NCBI GenBank assembly: GCA_002269645.1 | Contig: NIVC01001844.1 | Location: forward strand, 1-48,611 | Length of the DNA: 48,611 nucleotides | Direction of reading: 5' to 3' | From: Macrostomum lignano | Taxonomy: Eukaryota | Part shown: piece by piece, positions 35,474 through 48,611 of the stretch | Numbering within the stretch: position 1 is the stretch's first letter | Layout: every line of letters starts with the position of its first letter | The notes under the pieces: model-generated | The model's input: the letters and a program-made list of their open reading frames with translations, nothing else | Told to the model about the DNA's origin: nothing | Database searches by the model: none | Position numbers and translations under genes: made by a program

Positions 35474-35476
35474 TAG

Positions 35477-35519
<43 letters not shown>

Positions 35520-35524
35520 GTCTT

Positions 35525-35572
<48 letters not shown>
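35222..35572. repeat. (TGTC)n microsatellite with TTAGTGTC interruptions
   Basis: Direct reading. Confidence 0.97.
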
Positions 35573-35573
<1 letters not shown>

Positions 35574-36264
35574 ATATCTAATTATCCCATCAGTGTTACG
35601 AGTATCCGTCTCATTCCCAACCCCAGCAGCAGAAGCCTCAGACGCGTATACTTTAACAACACACGGCCATTTCTAGCGTATTTCTAGCCGCTGCAAGCAG
35701 ACTCAGCAGCCGAAATGCGGACACGGGATTGCGATGATGAATTATTGGGTGGCCACGAATTCACTATAATTGTAACATTATTTTATCCAGCTCGGTTCCC
35801 CTATATACTAAAAGCATCGCATTTGCATGATCAGTTTGTCGGGAATCCGGCAGTCTCGCACTTCTGCTCATAGCGGTCGGACTAACACTGCCGAGAAGAT
35901 AACAAGCAAAAATACAACCGTAATTCCATTCGTTTAAAAATAAAATTTCATATAGTAATTAGAAAAGGATTGTTGATAAATTTCTGTTAGCTATTTTCAA
36001 AGGAAAACGGTTTATTTTTCTAGTTTTTGATTATCGAAACAAGACGAAACTGCGAGTCCGTTTACAGTGCGATTCTGACTTACGAGCCGTAGTTTATAGT
36101 CGGGCTACAATACCTAGATTTCTCTATCGTTTTGAGAAAAAGAACAAAGTTAGGAACCATTGGCTTCACACAGACAGAATTATTGATATGCATGTGGCTA
36201 TCTTGGGCAGGAATGACAGGAAACTTTTTCTAGCTGTTAGAAAGGACACATTCAAGTCTTGGGA

Positions 36265-36430
36265 AGCGTTATCGAGTCTCAAGTGGCGCTTTTGGGTCCT
36301 AAGTGACGCTTCAAAGTCTTGAGGGACGCTTCCGAGTCCCAAGTGATTCTTCCGAGTCCCAATTGACGCTTCAGAGTTCCAAGTGACGCTTCCGAGTCCC
36401 AAGTGACGCTTCCGGGTCCTGAGCGACACT
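36265..36430. repeat. 20-bp degenerate minisatellite (GACGCTTCCGAGTCCCAAGT)
   Basis: Period 20, ~7 copies. Confidence 0.85.
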
Positions 36431-36630
36431 TCAAAATCCTGATCGACTCTGGTTACAGAAGTTTGGTCTGGTTACACAGTTTTACAACAGCTTGTTGTTA
36501 TATTCAAGAGAAAGCAGAAAAAGTCACAACACAAAAGTCTTTTAAGCTCTTCTTTCCCGGCTCGCATTCGATTCCGACACGCCTGCTTCAGCGCAGGCTT
36601 GAGCAGCTGGCGGATCTGCTGTCAGTTCCG

Positions 36631-37815
36631 TCACTGCTCGCAGCGGCACCTGCAGGCCCTGCTGTAAATTCTGCGCAGCTCCTCTCTGAACTTCGAGTTC
36701 ATCATGGCGTAGACGAAAAAGTTCAGCGACGTGTTCAAATAGAAAATGCGGTGCAGCGGCGAGTCCGGCAGCAGCTTGAAGTTGATGAGGATCATCGGCA
36801 GCATGCTGCCGTAGAACAGCACGGTGGCGCCGAACAGCATCCAGGCCAGCTTCTTGGGGAACCATGACTCGGTGGTGGCGGCGGCAGCGGCGGCGGCGGC
36901 GGTCGCCGACTGCGGCGGCAGCGCATTGCTGACGAAGCTGCTGCTGGGACACTCGGAGATGCCGTTAAACCCGGTTGGACCGTCGGCTGTCACCTGAAGC
37001 GAGCAGCTGGTCGGTTTTAAAGATGTTTCCAAAGCGTAGCTGGCGGTACCTTGAAGATTTTTGTCGCCAGCGCCGTCGCCACCGCCGCCGAGGTCCCCGC
37101 AGTTGCTGGTCGCGCCGACTTCGTCCGCCCTGGACAGCAGCGCCAGCGTCTGCTTGGTGACTTTGCGCTTCGAACTGCGCCGCCTCTCCATGGAGGCCAC
37201 GAAGGTGAAAATTCTGATATAAAGCGACATGACAACCAGCACTGACAGGGTGCCGAGTGCGCCGTAGAAGTACAGCAGGTAGGACTCCAGCTGGAGCTTC
37301 AGGCCGCACTGGTCTTCAATTAGGTAGTGGCTTGTCACGTTGCACACCTCTAGGAGCAGAAGACTCAGCGCGGCGGCGAACAGGGCGCATAGGGTCTTCT
37401 TGTAGGTAAGGCCTTGCTGACTGGCCTTCACGATGCACAGGTAGCGGTCCACTGCGATGAATACCAGAATCCAGGCCTCCATCTCGAACGCCGCATACCT
37501 GGACGACAGAATCACGGTGCTGAACCAGTGATTAGTGGCCTTCAGCTCGTACTTGCTGGCCAGGTAGTCATTGTACACCCGGTAGCAGTCGGTGGGCAGC
37601 ACCACTGCCGATATAAACAGATCCATGGCCGACAGTACCGTGATGAGGAAGCGCAGACTCTTCTCCCGACTGGAGGCGAACACGAGGATGACGTGGATGT
37701 TGCCGAACAGTCCGAGCACGCCCAGGGTGGAGTAGAAAGCCAGAGAACCGATCGCTACTAGGGGAGACTCCGGCAGAGAGTGATCCGTGCACTGCGCATT
37801 TGTTGTGTTGCCCAT
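36631..37815 (-). CDS. Orphan class A (rhodopsin-like) GPCR, 394 aa, intronless
   Basis: Seven hydrophobic segments: TM1 GLFGN, TM2 LSAMDL, TM3 IAVDRY, TM7 NTSLNFFVY and helix 8 FREEL. The first ATG is at 37815 (MGNTT, with an N-glycosylation sequon); the ORF track start at 37869 is TTG. Confidence 0.92.
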   Translation of the reverse strand: MGNTTNAQCTDHSLPESPLVAIGSLAFYSTLGVLGLFGNIHVILVFASSREKSLRFLITVLSAMDLFISAVVLPTDCYRVYNDYLASKYELKATNHWFSTVILSSRYAAFEMEAWILVFIAVDRYLCIVKASQQGLTYKKTLCALFAAALSLLLLEVCNVTSHYLIEDQCGLKLQLESYLLYFYGALGTLSVLVVMSLYIRIFTFVASMERRRSSKRKVTKQTLALLSRADEVGATSNCGDLGGGGDGAGDKNLQGTASYALETSLKPTSCSLQVTADGPTGFNGISECPSSSFVSNALPPQSATAAAAAAAATTESWFPKKLAWMLFGATVLFYGSMLPMILINFKLLPDSPLHRIFYLNTSLNFFVYAMMNSKFREELRRIYSRACRCRCEQ

Positions 37816-38059
37816 TCGGAGCTGCTGGCTCGCTCGGGTCAGCGCGCTGCTCGTCTGTTTTCGTCGCAATTCGGGACGGGACTTTCAGAAACCATCGGTT
37901 TTTATAGGCCGCACTGCACACGGCCAGGCAGGGTCGTCTTGCGGGATTGGCCGCCCAGCGAGCCCTCCAATGCGGCCGCGAAACTGCTGGGAGTGCATTT
38001 TTGACACTGTCATACAGTAAATTAGATACGGCGACGTGAAAAAGGAGACGGATAAACTC

Positions 38060-38890
<831 letters not shown>

Positions 38891-39459
38891 GCCGACGCCT
38901 AGAAAGTCAGTCAGAGAAGCTAGAGAACGGAAATGTCACAAAGCGGCCGTAAATTCGCTCGCAAGGGCTCTCAACAAGCCATCTTTAATTGGGAGTTTCG
39001 ACAGAGAGAAAGAGAAAGGAAGACGGAAAGAACCCGAGAGGAAACCGGGCGCAGAAGGATTGAGAAGGGCGTGAGGTGCGTTGGGCAGCAGTGAGCGAGT
39101 AGACAGAGTGCAAGTGGCAGAAGTGCTCACCCGAGTCTAAAGGATTGGCAGGGGCTGCTGTGTTTTTCCCTTCACAGATCGCACAGTAAGGGGGAACGAA
39201 GGCGCGATCCCCCTTGATTTATCCCCATTTGCGACCGAGTCGAAATCCCTAATTGGAAGAGGAAGGGTTGATCGGGATCCGCTGGGCCGGCTTCGGCTTC
39301 GTCCCGAAGGGATTTTCATTTCTTCTCCGTTGCCGGAGTTTCCCCAGCGTGTTGCCAGTGAGACCCAGAAGCAGAGCCTGAAGCAGCAACTCTTCCCCCA
39401 AATTACTCATATTCAAACAGCTGTGGGCTGATTCTCTGTTCAAAAAGATCTTGCTTTCG

Positions 39460-40535
39460 ACGCTAGATTGGCGCTAAAATCTTGGCTGAGGCGCTAGATT
39501 GGCGCTAAAATCTTGGCTCACGCGCTAGATTGGCGCTAAAATCTTGGCTGAGTCACTAGATTGGCGCTAAAATCTTGGCTGAGGCGCTAAATTGGCGCTA
39601 AAATCTTGGCTCACGCGCTAGATTGGCGCTAAAATCTTGGCTGAGTCACTAGATTGGCGCTAAAATCTTGGCTGAGGCGCTAAATTGGCGCTAAAATCTT
39701 GGCTCACGCGCTAGATTGGCGCTAAAATCTTGGCTGAGTCACTAGATTGGCGCTAAAATCTTGGCTGAGGCGCTAAATTGGCGCTAAAATCTTGGCTCAC
39801 GCGCTAGATTGGCGCTAAAATCTTGGCTGAGTCACTAGATTGGCGCTAAAATCTTGGCTGAGGCGCTAAATTGGCGCTAAAATCTTGGCTCACGCGCTAG
39901 ATTGGCGCTAAAATCTTGGCTGAGTCACTAGATTGGCGCTAAAATCTTGGCTGAGGCGCTAAATTGGCGCTAAAATCTTGGCTAGGCGCTAAATTGGCTC
40001 TAAAATCTTGGCTGAGGCGCTAAATTGGCGCTAAAATCTTAGCTGAGGCGCTAAATTGGCGCTAAAATCTTGGCTGAGGCGCTAAATTGGCGCTAAAATC
40101 TTGGCTCACGCGCTAATTGGCGCTAAAATCTTGGCTCACGCGCTAGATTGGCGCTAAAATCTTGGCTGAGTCACTAGATTGGCGCTAAAATCTTGGCTGA
40201 GGCGCTAGATTGGCGCTAAAATCTTGGCTGAGGCGCTAGATTGGCGCTAAAATCTTGGCTGAGGCGCTAGATTGGCGCTAAAATCTTGGCTGAGGCGCTA
40301 GATTGGCGCTAAAATCTTGGCTGAGGCGCTAGATTGGCGCTAAAATCTTGGCTGAGGCGCTAGATTGGCGCTAAAATCTTGGCTGAGGCGCTAGATTGGC
40401 GCTAAAATCTTGGCTGAGGCGCTAGATTGGCGCTAAAATCTTGGCTGAGGCGCTAGATTGGCGCTAAAATCTTGGCTGAGGCGCTAGATTGGCGCTAAAA
40501 TCTTGGCTGAGGCGCTAGATTGGCGCTAAAATCTC
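39460..40535. repeat. 31-bp minisatellite (GGCGCTAGATTGGCGCTAAAATCTTGGCTGA), ~34 copies, with a 93-bp trimeric higher-order block
   Basis: Period 31 (40201, 40232). Confidence 0.96.
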
Positions 40536-40979
40536 GGCGCTCAGAAGAAGTTTGCTGTTAGAAGGTTTTCCACCCGGCCACTCGAATAAAACTGTGCATT
40601 TGTCAGCCGGTGCAACCTTACCCTGTAGTTATGAAATCGGATTTTAAAAGGGCTGATAAGAATCAGTGGCAACTAGCAACTGGCAGCTTCATCTATTTAA
40701 TTCATTTTCATTTTTCACTTTAACTAAAAGGAAGGCAAACTGCTTGGAGCCTCACTGTGGTGGCTTAGCCAAGAGGGAGGGGCGGCTGGAGTCAGGCGGC
40801 ACAGAATTTAGGATTTTAATTTTTACAATTACGAGCGTATTTCTCAATAAATTAGTTAATAGTAGTAGGAACACAAATTCAAAAACAGAAATTTTATCTT
40901 ATTTTTTGCCTCTCGTTTGGCGGTTAAATCTCGCCTTAGGCGCTATATCGGCGCTAAAATCTCTTTTTCGATGGTAAAC

Positions 40980-41220
40980 TGGTGCTAACTGGGCGCTAAA
41001 TTGGCGCTAAAGTCTCACGTCTGGCTACATTGGCTAAATTGGCTAAATTGGCTAAAATCGACGAAAAATCGGCGTTAAATTTGCGCAAATTCGTCGCTGA
41101 ATTGGTGCTAAATTGGCGCTGAATTAGTGCTAAATTGGCGCTAAATTGGCGCTAAATTGATGCTAAATTGGCGCTAAATTAGCGCTTTATTGGCGCCAAA
41201 TAGGTGCTAAAATCTCACCT
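40980..41220. repeat. Degenerate 12-bp repeat (AAATTGGCGCTA), related to the 31-bp array
   Basis: Direct reading. Confidence 0.8.
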
Positions 41221-41689
41221 TTGGCATAAAATTGGCTTCTGCCTCACTGCGGCTCGAGATGAAGAAGATGCTGTCCGAGGCGCGATTCTGATGCCCGATT
41301 AGATGAAGCCAGTAGCAAACAGATTGACTTTCACACTCGAATTTTAATGCGAAGGGAATATTTAGTCTCGAGTTTAATTTCCAATTCGTCAGAAAATATT
41401 TTTTGCGATCTGATGTGGCTACGAGATTGTTTATCGCCTCTGGGGATTACAGGCTGCTCAATTCTTTATTGACCAATCCATTTCTACCGTTTTTTACTAG
41501 CTCCATCGGAGAATCGGACGGGATCGTAGAGATGAAAGTAATTGAAGGTGGTGGGCATGGTAAAGATGTGGGGATAGAGGAGAGAGGAGGAGATTCGAGA
41601 TTCGAGAGCATTGATAACATTAATGTTAGAGAGAAAAAAGAATTGAACTTAAAAATAGGAGAAGACTTAAGAAGGTGGGAGAAATTAGA

Positions 41690-42020
41690 GATAGGGAATT
41701 CGAAACATAGGAGAGATTAGACATAGGTGAGATTAGAGATGGGAGAGATTAGAGATGGGAGAGATTAGAGATGGGAGAGATTAGAGATGAGAGAGACTAG
41801 AGATAAGAGAGATTAGAATGGGAGAGTTTAGAGATGGGAGAGACTAGAATGGGAGAGTTTAGAGATGGGATAGTTTAGAGATGGGAGAATTTAGAGATGA
41901 GAGAGATTAGAGATGGTAGAGATTAGACATGAAAGAGATTGGAATGGGAAAGATTAGAGATGGAAGAGATAAGAATGGGAGATTTTTGAGATGGAAGAGA
42001 TTAGAATGGGAGATTTTAGA
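41690..42020. repeat. ~16-bp purine-rich repeat (GAGAGATTAGAGATGG)
   Basis: Direct reading. Confidence 0.88.
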
Positions 42021-42243
42021 GATGGAAGAGGTTATTAACCAATTTTGAGCTGCAAAGCCAGTGCGAGCGACGTGGCACAGAGGGCGGTGCGCAGATAAAT
42101 AAACGGCGCACAAAGGCGGCACAAAGTACAGAGCGAGGAGGGGTGGATGGCTAACACCCATTTGACTCCAGGCTCACAAAGGAGCCCTAAGAGAAATGGA
42201 GGCAGAGATGGGAGAGATTAGAGATGGGAGAGTTTAGAGATCG

Positions 42244-43190
42244 GAGATAGACAGAGATCTCCCTATGAGAGAGACAGAGATCTCCCTATGAGAGAGACAG
42301 AGATCTCCCTATGATACGAGAGAGACAGAGATCTCCCTATAAGAGAGACAGAGATCTCCCTATAAGAGAGACAGAGATCTCCCTATAAGAGAGATAGAGA
42401 TCTCCCTATAAGAGAGACAGAGATCTCCCTATAAGAGAGACAGAGATCTCCCTATAAGAGAGATAGAGATCTCCATATAAGAGAGACAGAGATCTCCCTA
42501 TAAGAGAGACAGAGATCTCCCTATAAGAGAGACAGAGATCTCCCTATAAGAGAGATAGAGATCTCCCTATAAGAGAGACAGAGATCTCCCTATAAGAGAG
42601 ACAGAGATCTCCCTATAAGAGAGACAGAGATCTCCCTATAAGAGAGACAGAGATCTCCCTATAAGAGAGACAGAGATCTCCCTATAAGAGAGACAGAGAT
42701 CTCCCTATAAGAGAGACAGAGATCTCCCTATAAGAGAGACGGAGATCTCCCTATAAGAGAGACGGAGATCTCCCTATAAGAGAGATAGAGATCTCCCTAT
42801 AAGAGAGATAGAGATCTCCCTATAAGAGAGATAGAGATCTCCCTATAAGAGAGATAGAGATCTCCCTATAAGAGAGATAGAGATCTCCCTATAAGAGAGA
42901 TAGAGATCTCCCCATAAGAGAGACAGAGATCTCCCTATAAGAGAGACAGAGATCTCCCTATAAGAGAGACAGAGATCTCCCTATAAGAGAGACAGAGATC
43001 TCCCTATAAGAGAGACAGAGATCTCCCTATAAGAGAGACAGAGATCTCCCTATAAGAGAGACAGAGATCTCCCTATGATACGATAGAGACAGAGATCTCC
43101 CTATGATACGAGAGAGACAGAGATCTCCCTATAAGAGAGACGGAGATCTCCCTATGATACGAGAGAGACAGAGATCTCCCTACAAGAGAG
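42244..43190. repeat. 23-bp minisatellite (GAGAGACAGAGATCTCCCTATAA), ~40 copies
   Basis: Period 23 (42481, 42504). Confidence 0.97.
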
Positions 43191-43659
43191 AGAGAGAGAG
43201 AGAGAACAAGGATCAGATGTAAGCACTATGGAAGAGCACAGTACCCGTGTTTTGAGCAGATTCAATGTGGCATAGCAGCAATGCAGATTTGATGTGGCAT
43301 AGCAGCAATGCAGATTTGATGTGGCAGGACGCCAGCTGAATCAGTGCTGAGGGAGCCGAGTGGCTGGGGAATCGATTTCCAGATTGCCTTGTTGGGCCAG
43401 TTCTCTGGGAAGCTGGGACACCGGGTTCCCAGATTTCCGGATTCTACGGGAAATAATTTGAAGGAAATTCGATAATTTCACCGCCCGCGCCTCGAAAGAC
43501 ACGATCGAATAAAGGCGCTTGCAACGCGGAAGGTGCAAGCGAAGCCCGGGGCCGGACTCAGGGCGGGCATGCGTGTCCAACTCCATCAGTTTGATTGGGA
43601 GAACGGGTTTGTGAACTGTGTCCGGTTCAGCAGCCCCGATTGCCCGATTGCTGGGGTAG

Positions 43660-44435
<776 letters not shown>

Positions 44436-44794
44436 CCCCGTTACTCCGTTCTGTGTTTCTCTGTGTTACGGCATTTTGGCCACCAAGCGAACGCAGCCTC
44501 TTCGTTTTGCACTTCGACAGCCGTGGGAACTTTTATGCTTGAAGGGCGTCCCACATTGAATTAAATGGGCCGCAAAATTTTATATTTGAACTGGCCGGAA
44601 TTTGCAAGTAGCAGCAGCGCATGGATTCGAACTGACTAAGTTTATTGCCGTGGAATGCGAGTGCTGCAGCAGGGCCGGTGGATCCAAGCCAGCCAGCGCT
44701 TCGGAGAAAATAATTTTCTTAGAAGCCATAAATATTTACATGTGCTGCAGCCTGCGAAATAGAAGAAGGTGCATACACTATAAATACACTATAA

Positions 44795-46498
44795 AGATAC
44801 TAAGAGGACAGACACTGAGACGACACTAGGACAGACACTAGGACAGACACTAAGACAGATACTAGGACAGACACTAGGACAGACACTAGGACAGACACTA
44901 AGACAGATACTAGGACAGACACTAGGACAGACACTAGGACAGACACTAAGACAGACACTAAGACAGACACTAGGACAGACACTAAGACAGACACTAAGAC
45001 AGATACTAGGACAGACACTAAGACAGATACTAGGACAGACACTAGGACAGACACTAGGACAGACACTAAGACAGACACTAAGACAGACACTAGGACACAC
45101 ACTAAGACAGACACTAAGACAGACACTAAGACAGACACTAAGACAGACACTAAGACAGACACTAAGACAGACACTAGGACAGACACTAAGACAGACACTA
45201 GGACAGACACTAGGACAGACACTAAGACAGACACTAAGACAGACACTAAGACAGACACTAAGACAGACACTAAGACAGACACTAGGACAGACACTAAGAC
45301 AGACACTAGGACACACACTAAGACAGACACTAAGACAGATACTAGGACAGACACTAAGACAGATACTAGGACAGACACTAGGACAGACACTAGGACAGAC
45401 ACTAAGACAGACACTAAGACAGACACTAGGACACACACTAAGACAGACACTAAGACAGACACTAGGACAGACACTAAGACAGACACTAAGAAAGATACTA
45501 GAACAGACACTAAGACAGACACTAGGACAGACACTAAGACAGACACTAAGACAGACACTAGGACAGACACTAAGACAGACACTAAGACAGACACTAAGAC
45601 AGACACTAGGACAGACACTAAGACAGACACTAGGACACACACTAAGACAGACACTAAGACAGATACTAGGACAGACACTAAGACAGATACTAGGACAGAC
45701 ACTAGGACAGACACTAGGACAGACACTAAGACAGACACTAAGACAGACACTAAGACAGACACTAAGACAGACACTAGGACAGACACTAAGACAGACACTA
45801 AGAAAGATACTAGAACAGACACTAAGACAGATACTAGGACAGACACTAGGACAGATACTAGGACAGACACTAGGACAGACACTAGGACAGACACTAAGAC
45901 AGACACTAAGACAGACACTAAGACAGACACTAAGACAGACACTAGGACGCACACTAAGACAGACACTAAGACAGACACTAAGACAGACACTAAGACAGAC
46001 ACTAAGACAGACACTAAGACAGACACTAAGACAGACACTAGGACAGACACTAAGACAGACACTAGGACACACACTAAGACAGACACTAAGAAAGATACTA
46101 GAACAGACACTAAGACAGATACTAGGACAGACACTAGGACAGATACTAGGACAGACACTAGGACAGACACTAGGACAGACACTAAGACAGACACTAAGAC
46201 AGACACTAAGACAGACACTAAGACAGACACTAGGACACACACTAAGACAGACACTAAGACAGACACTAAGACAGACACTAAGACAGACACTAAGACAGAC
46301 ACTAAGACAGACACTAGGACAGACACTAAGACAGACACTAGGACAGACACTAGGACAGACACTAAGACAGACACTAAGACAGACACTAGGACAGACACTA
46401 AGACAGACACTAGGATACACACTAAGACAGACACTAAGACAGATACTAGAACAGACACTAAGACAGACACTAGGACAGACACTAGGACAGACACAGAC
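44795..46498. repeat. 12-bp minisatellite (ACACTARGACAG), ~140 copies
   Basis: Direct reading. ORFs 44789-46420 and 44800-46518 are repeat translations. Confidence 0.97.
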
Positions 46499-46499
46499 A

Positions 46500-48611
46500 T
46501 ATATATATAAGGACGCAAAGATATTATGGTGGGCGTCTTGCGCGCACGCGCTCGCAGAAGAGACGAGAAGGACAGTTTGTGGCAGATTGTGGGGTCAGGT
46601 TAATGGCTTGAAGGTCAGACTCAAGCGTGGCGGTCAGCGTGGCGGTCCGGCCTTGGCCCCGTCGGAGACGCTCGGTTGGCTGATGTAGCAAGGTTAGCGC
46701 CAGCGGGTTTTGCTCCCCTCTGCCGTAGCTGCGGAGGCAGTGGCCGACGAGCATTAGCCGGCGCCGCTGGAGAGTGGCACTGAGCTGAGGCACACGGGCT
46801 CTCGCCATCAGCAGGTCCGTCGGCAGCCGCTCTGGGTAATGGATGCCAAGGGCGAACCGCAGCAGCGATCGGTAGGCAGCGTCCAGGGCTCGGGACCTCG
46901 AGTCGGTCATTGGCACTGCCTCCAGTCCGTACAGGAAGATTGGCTCTACGGCAGCGCGGAACAGGCGCATCTTCAGGTCGTCGTTGGCAGCTGAGCTGAA
47001 GACCTCCCTGAGGAGATGAGCCGCGCGCCAGGCCTGTGACCTCCGGTCGGCGATGATGGAGTCAGGGCTCATCACGAAGGAGCCCAGGTACCGGAAGTCT
47101 CTGCAGGCTGAAATGACTTGTCCATCTGGTAGGGTCAGGATTGGTGCTGCATCGGTGCCCACGTGCAGCACTTCCGTCTTGCGTGCGTTGATTTGCAGTC
47201 CGACTCGGGCGCTCTCCTCATAGAGTCTCGAGAGCGCTCTCTGGGCGGCAGTCGGCTGCGGCACAGCAGGGCGATGTCGTCGGCGTACGCGAGGGCGGGC
47301 AAAGGGGCAGCACCGCGGCGGGAGCTCCGGCGTGACGCCAGCAGGTAGCTGTCCTCCTCTGTGAGGCTTCGGCGCAGCACGTAGTCGACGACAAGGATGA
47401 AGAGCAGTGGAGCCAACGTGTCACCTTGGAGGACTCCAGAGCTGGTGCAGAAGTCCTCAGTTGGGCCATCGCTGGTTTGGACAAAGGCTTTGCTGTTGTT
47501 GTAGAGGTCCATCACTGCAACGATAAGAGCCGGAGGGACGCCATAGTGTTCGAGCAGCCACGCGATCGCGCGCCGGCACACTGAGTCAAAAGCTTTGCGG
47601 AAGTCCACAAAGACAATTGACACAGCTCTTTGGTGAGTTTTACAGGCCTCGACGACTGCTCGAAGGGCTGCAATCTGCTCTGTTGTCGAGCGACCGGGCC
47701 TGAAGCCACTTTGGAGGCTCAGGATCATTTGGTTGAGGCCAGGCAGCAGCCGATTACGCAGTATAGCATTGAGCAGCTTAGCCAGAGTGCATTCCAGAGC
47801 GATGCCGCGTTGGTTGTCCAGACTGGTGGATGCGCCCTTCTTGGGGATGGAGACGATCTTAGAGGTCGCCAGCTGTCAGCAGCAGTAGCACCTGGGTTGC
47901 CTCCAAGCGGACAGTGCTTGTTGAGCACAGCTGTGATGTCCTGTGTCAGCTCTGGCAGCTTGAGCACCCTGGGTGGAATGCCATCTACTCCGCGGCAGCG
48001 TCGGGGCGCATGGTTCTGAGCACTCGGTTCACCTCGTAGGCAGTCAGCGGGCCGGAGTTAAAAGCCGAGGGCTCGGCCGGGGTAAAGTTTTCGATCGGTA
48101 GCAAATCAGCAGAGGGTGGTGAGGCGTTGAGCACATTGTGATAGTGAGTGGCCAGCAGGGCTTTGCGATGGTGTATAGACTCAGCACCTACAGCGGCATT
48201 GGGCCTCTGCTTCCTGCCAGTCAGGCGGGTTGATGGCGCGCCAGGCCGCTGTGTGCCGGCAGTTGTCTGTTGCTAGTTGAATCTCAGCAACAGCCTCCTG
48301 GACAAAGGCTTCGGTCCTCCGGGCATGCGTGTCGCGAAGATGGGCCCGGGCTGTTTCAGCCTGCTCACTGTCTTGGCCAAAGACTGCGGTTGTTCTTTGC
48401 ACGTCGCGCCTAGCGATGGAGATCTCCTCGTCGGAGTCCCAGGCGGCTTTTGGCTGGTGCGGTGTTCGTTTTGGTAGGGTCGAGGCAGCTTTCTCAACAG
48501 CTCTGGTGAAGGCGTCCGCCGATTCATTCAGGGCCGGAGTAGCATTTTGCAGTTTTTCCATGAACGCACTGCAAGTGTGTCTGGGTTTCTCAGATCTGCC
48601 CAGAGGGGTGT
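46500..48611 (-). mobile_element. Non-LTR retrotransposon (RTE/RTEX-like) ORF2 with RT domain and 3' end; continues beyond the window
   Basis: KIVSIPKKG...RGIAL...QSGFRPGRST...FVDFRKAFDSV...GVLQGDTLAPLLF...LAYADDIAL...FRYLGS...RRRLMLVGHC. Stop at 46524-46526. Four 1-nt frameshifts (~48228, ~47992, ~47867, ~47255). Confidence 0.95.

Overview
This is repeat-saturated eukaryotic (animal) genomic DNA. GC-rich poly-Ala/Gln exons, about 20 minisatellite arrays and apparent trans-splice acceptors suggest a free-living flatworm such as Macrostomum (inference, not verifiable here). The left part holds three co-oriented minus-strand housekeeping genes: LYRM1 (17805-18200), a TFIIIC subunit 6/GTF3C6-like gene (15020-15406) that has no genomic ATG before its conserved domain, and four exons of ASNSD1 (11112 to 2269, 3' part missing). 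Next come a CpG-depleted AT-rich block carrying a decayed PHD-finger MULE transposon with an 8-bp TSD, and a two-exon plus-strand gene with a possible death-fold plus TRADD-N-like architecture. Further right are tRNA-derived SINEs, a ~2.2 kb tandem duplication, a 749-bp CCGG-flanked TIR element with clustered E2F-type motifs, an intronless class A GPCR (36631-37815) and many micro/minisatellites. The window ends in an RTE-group LINE whose 3' end runs into a 1.7 kb 12-bp array. Most long ORFs in the supplied track are translations of tandem repeats, not genes. The best candidate for a novel system is a trans-spliced operon in which the middle cistron may take its initiator Met from the spliced leader's terminal AUG.
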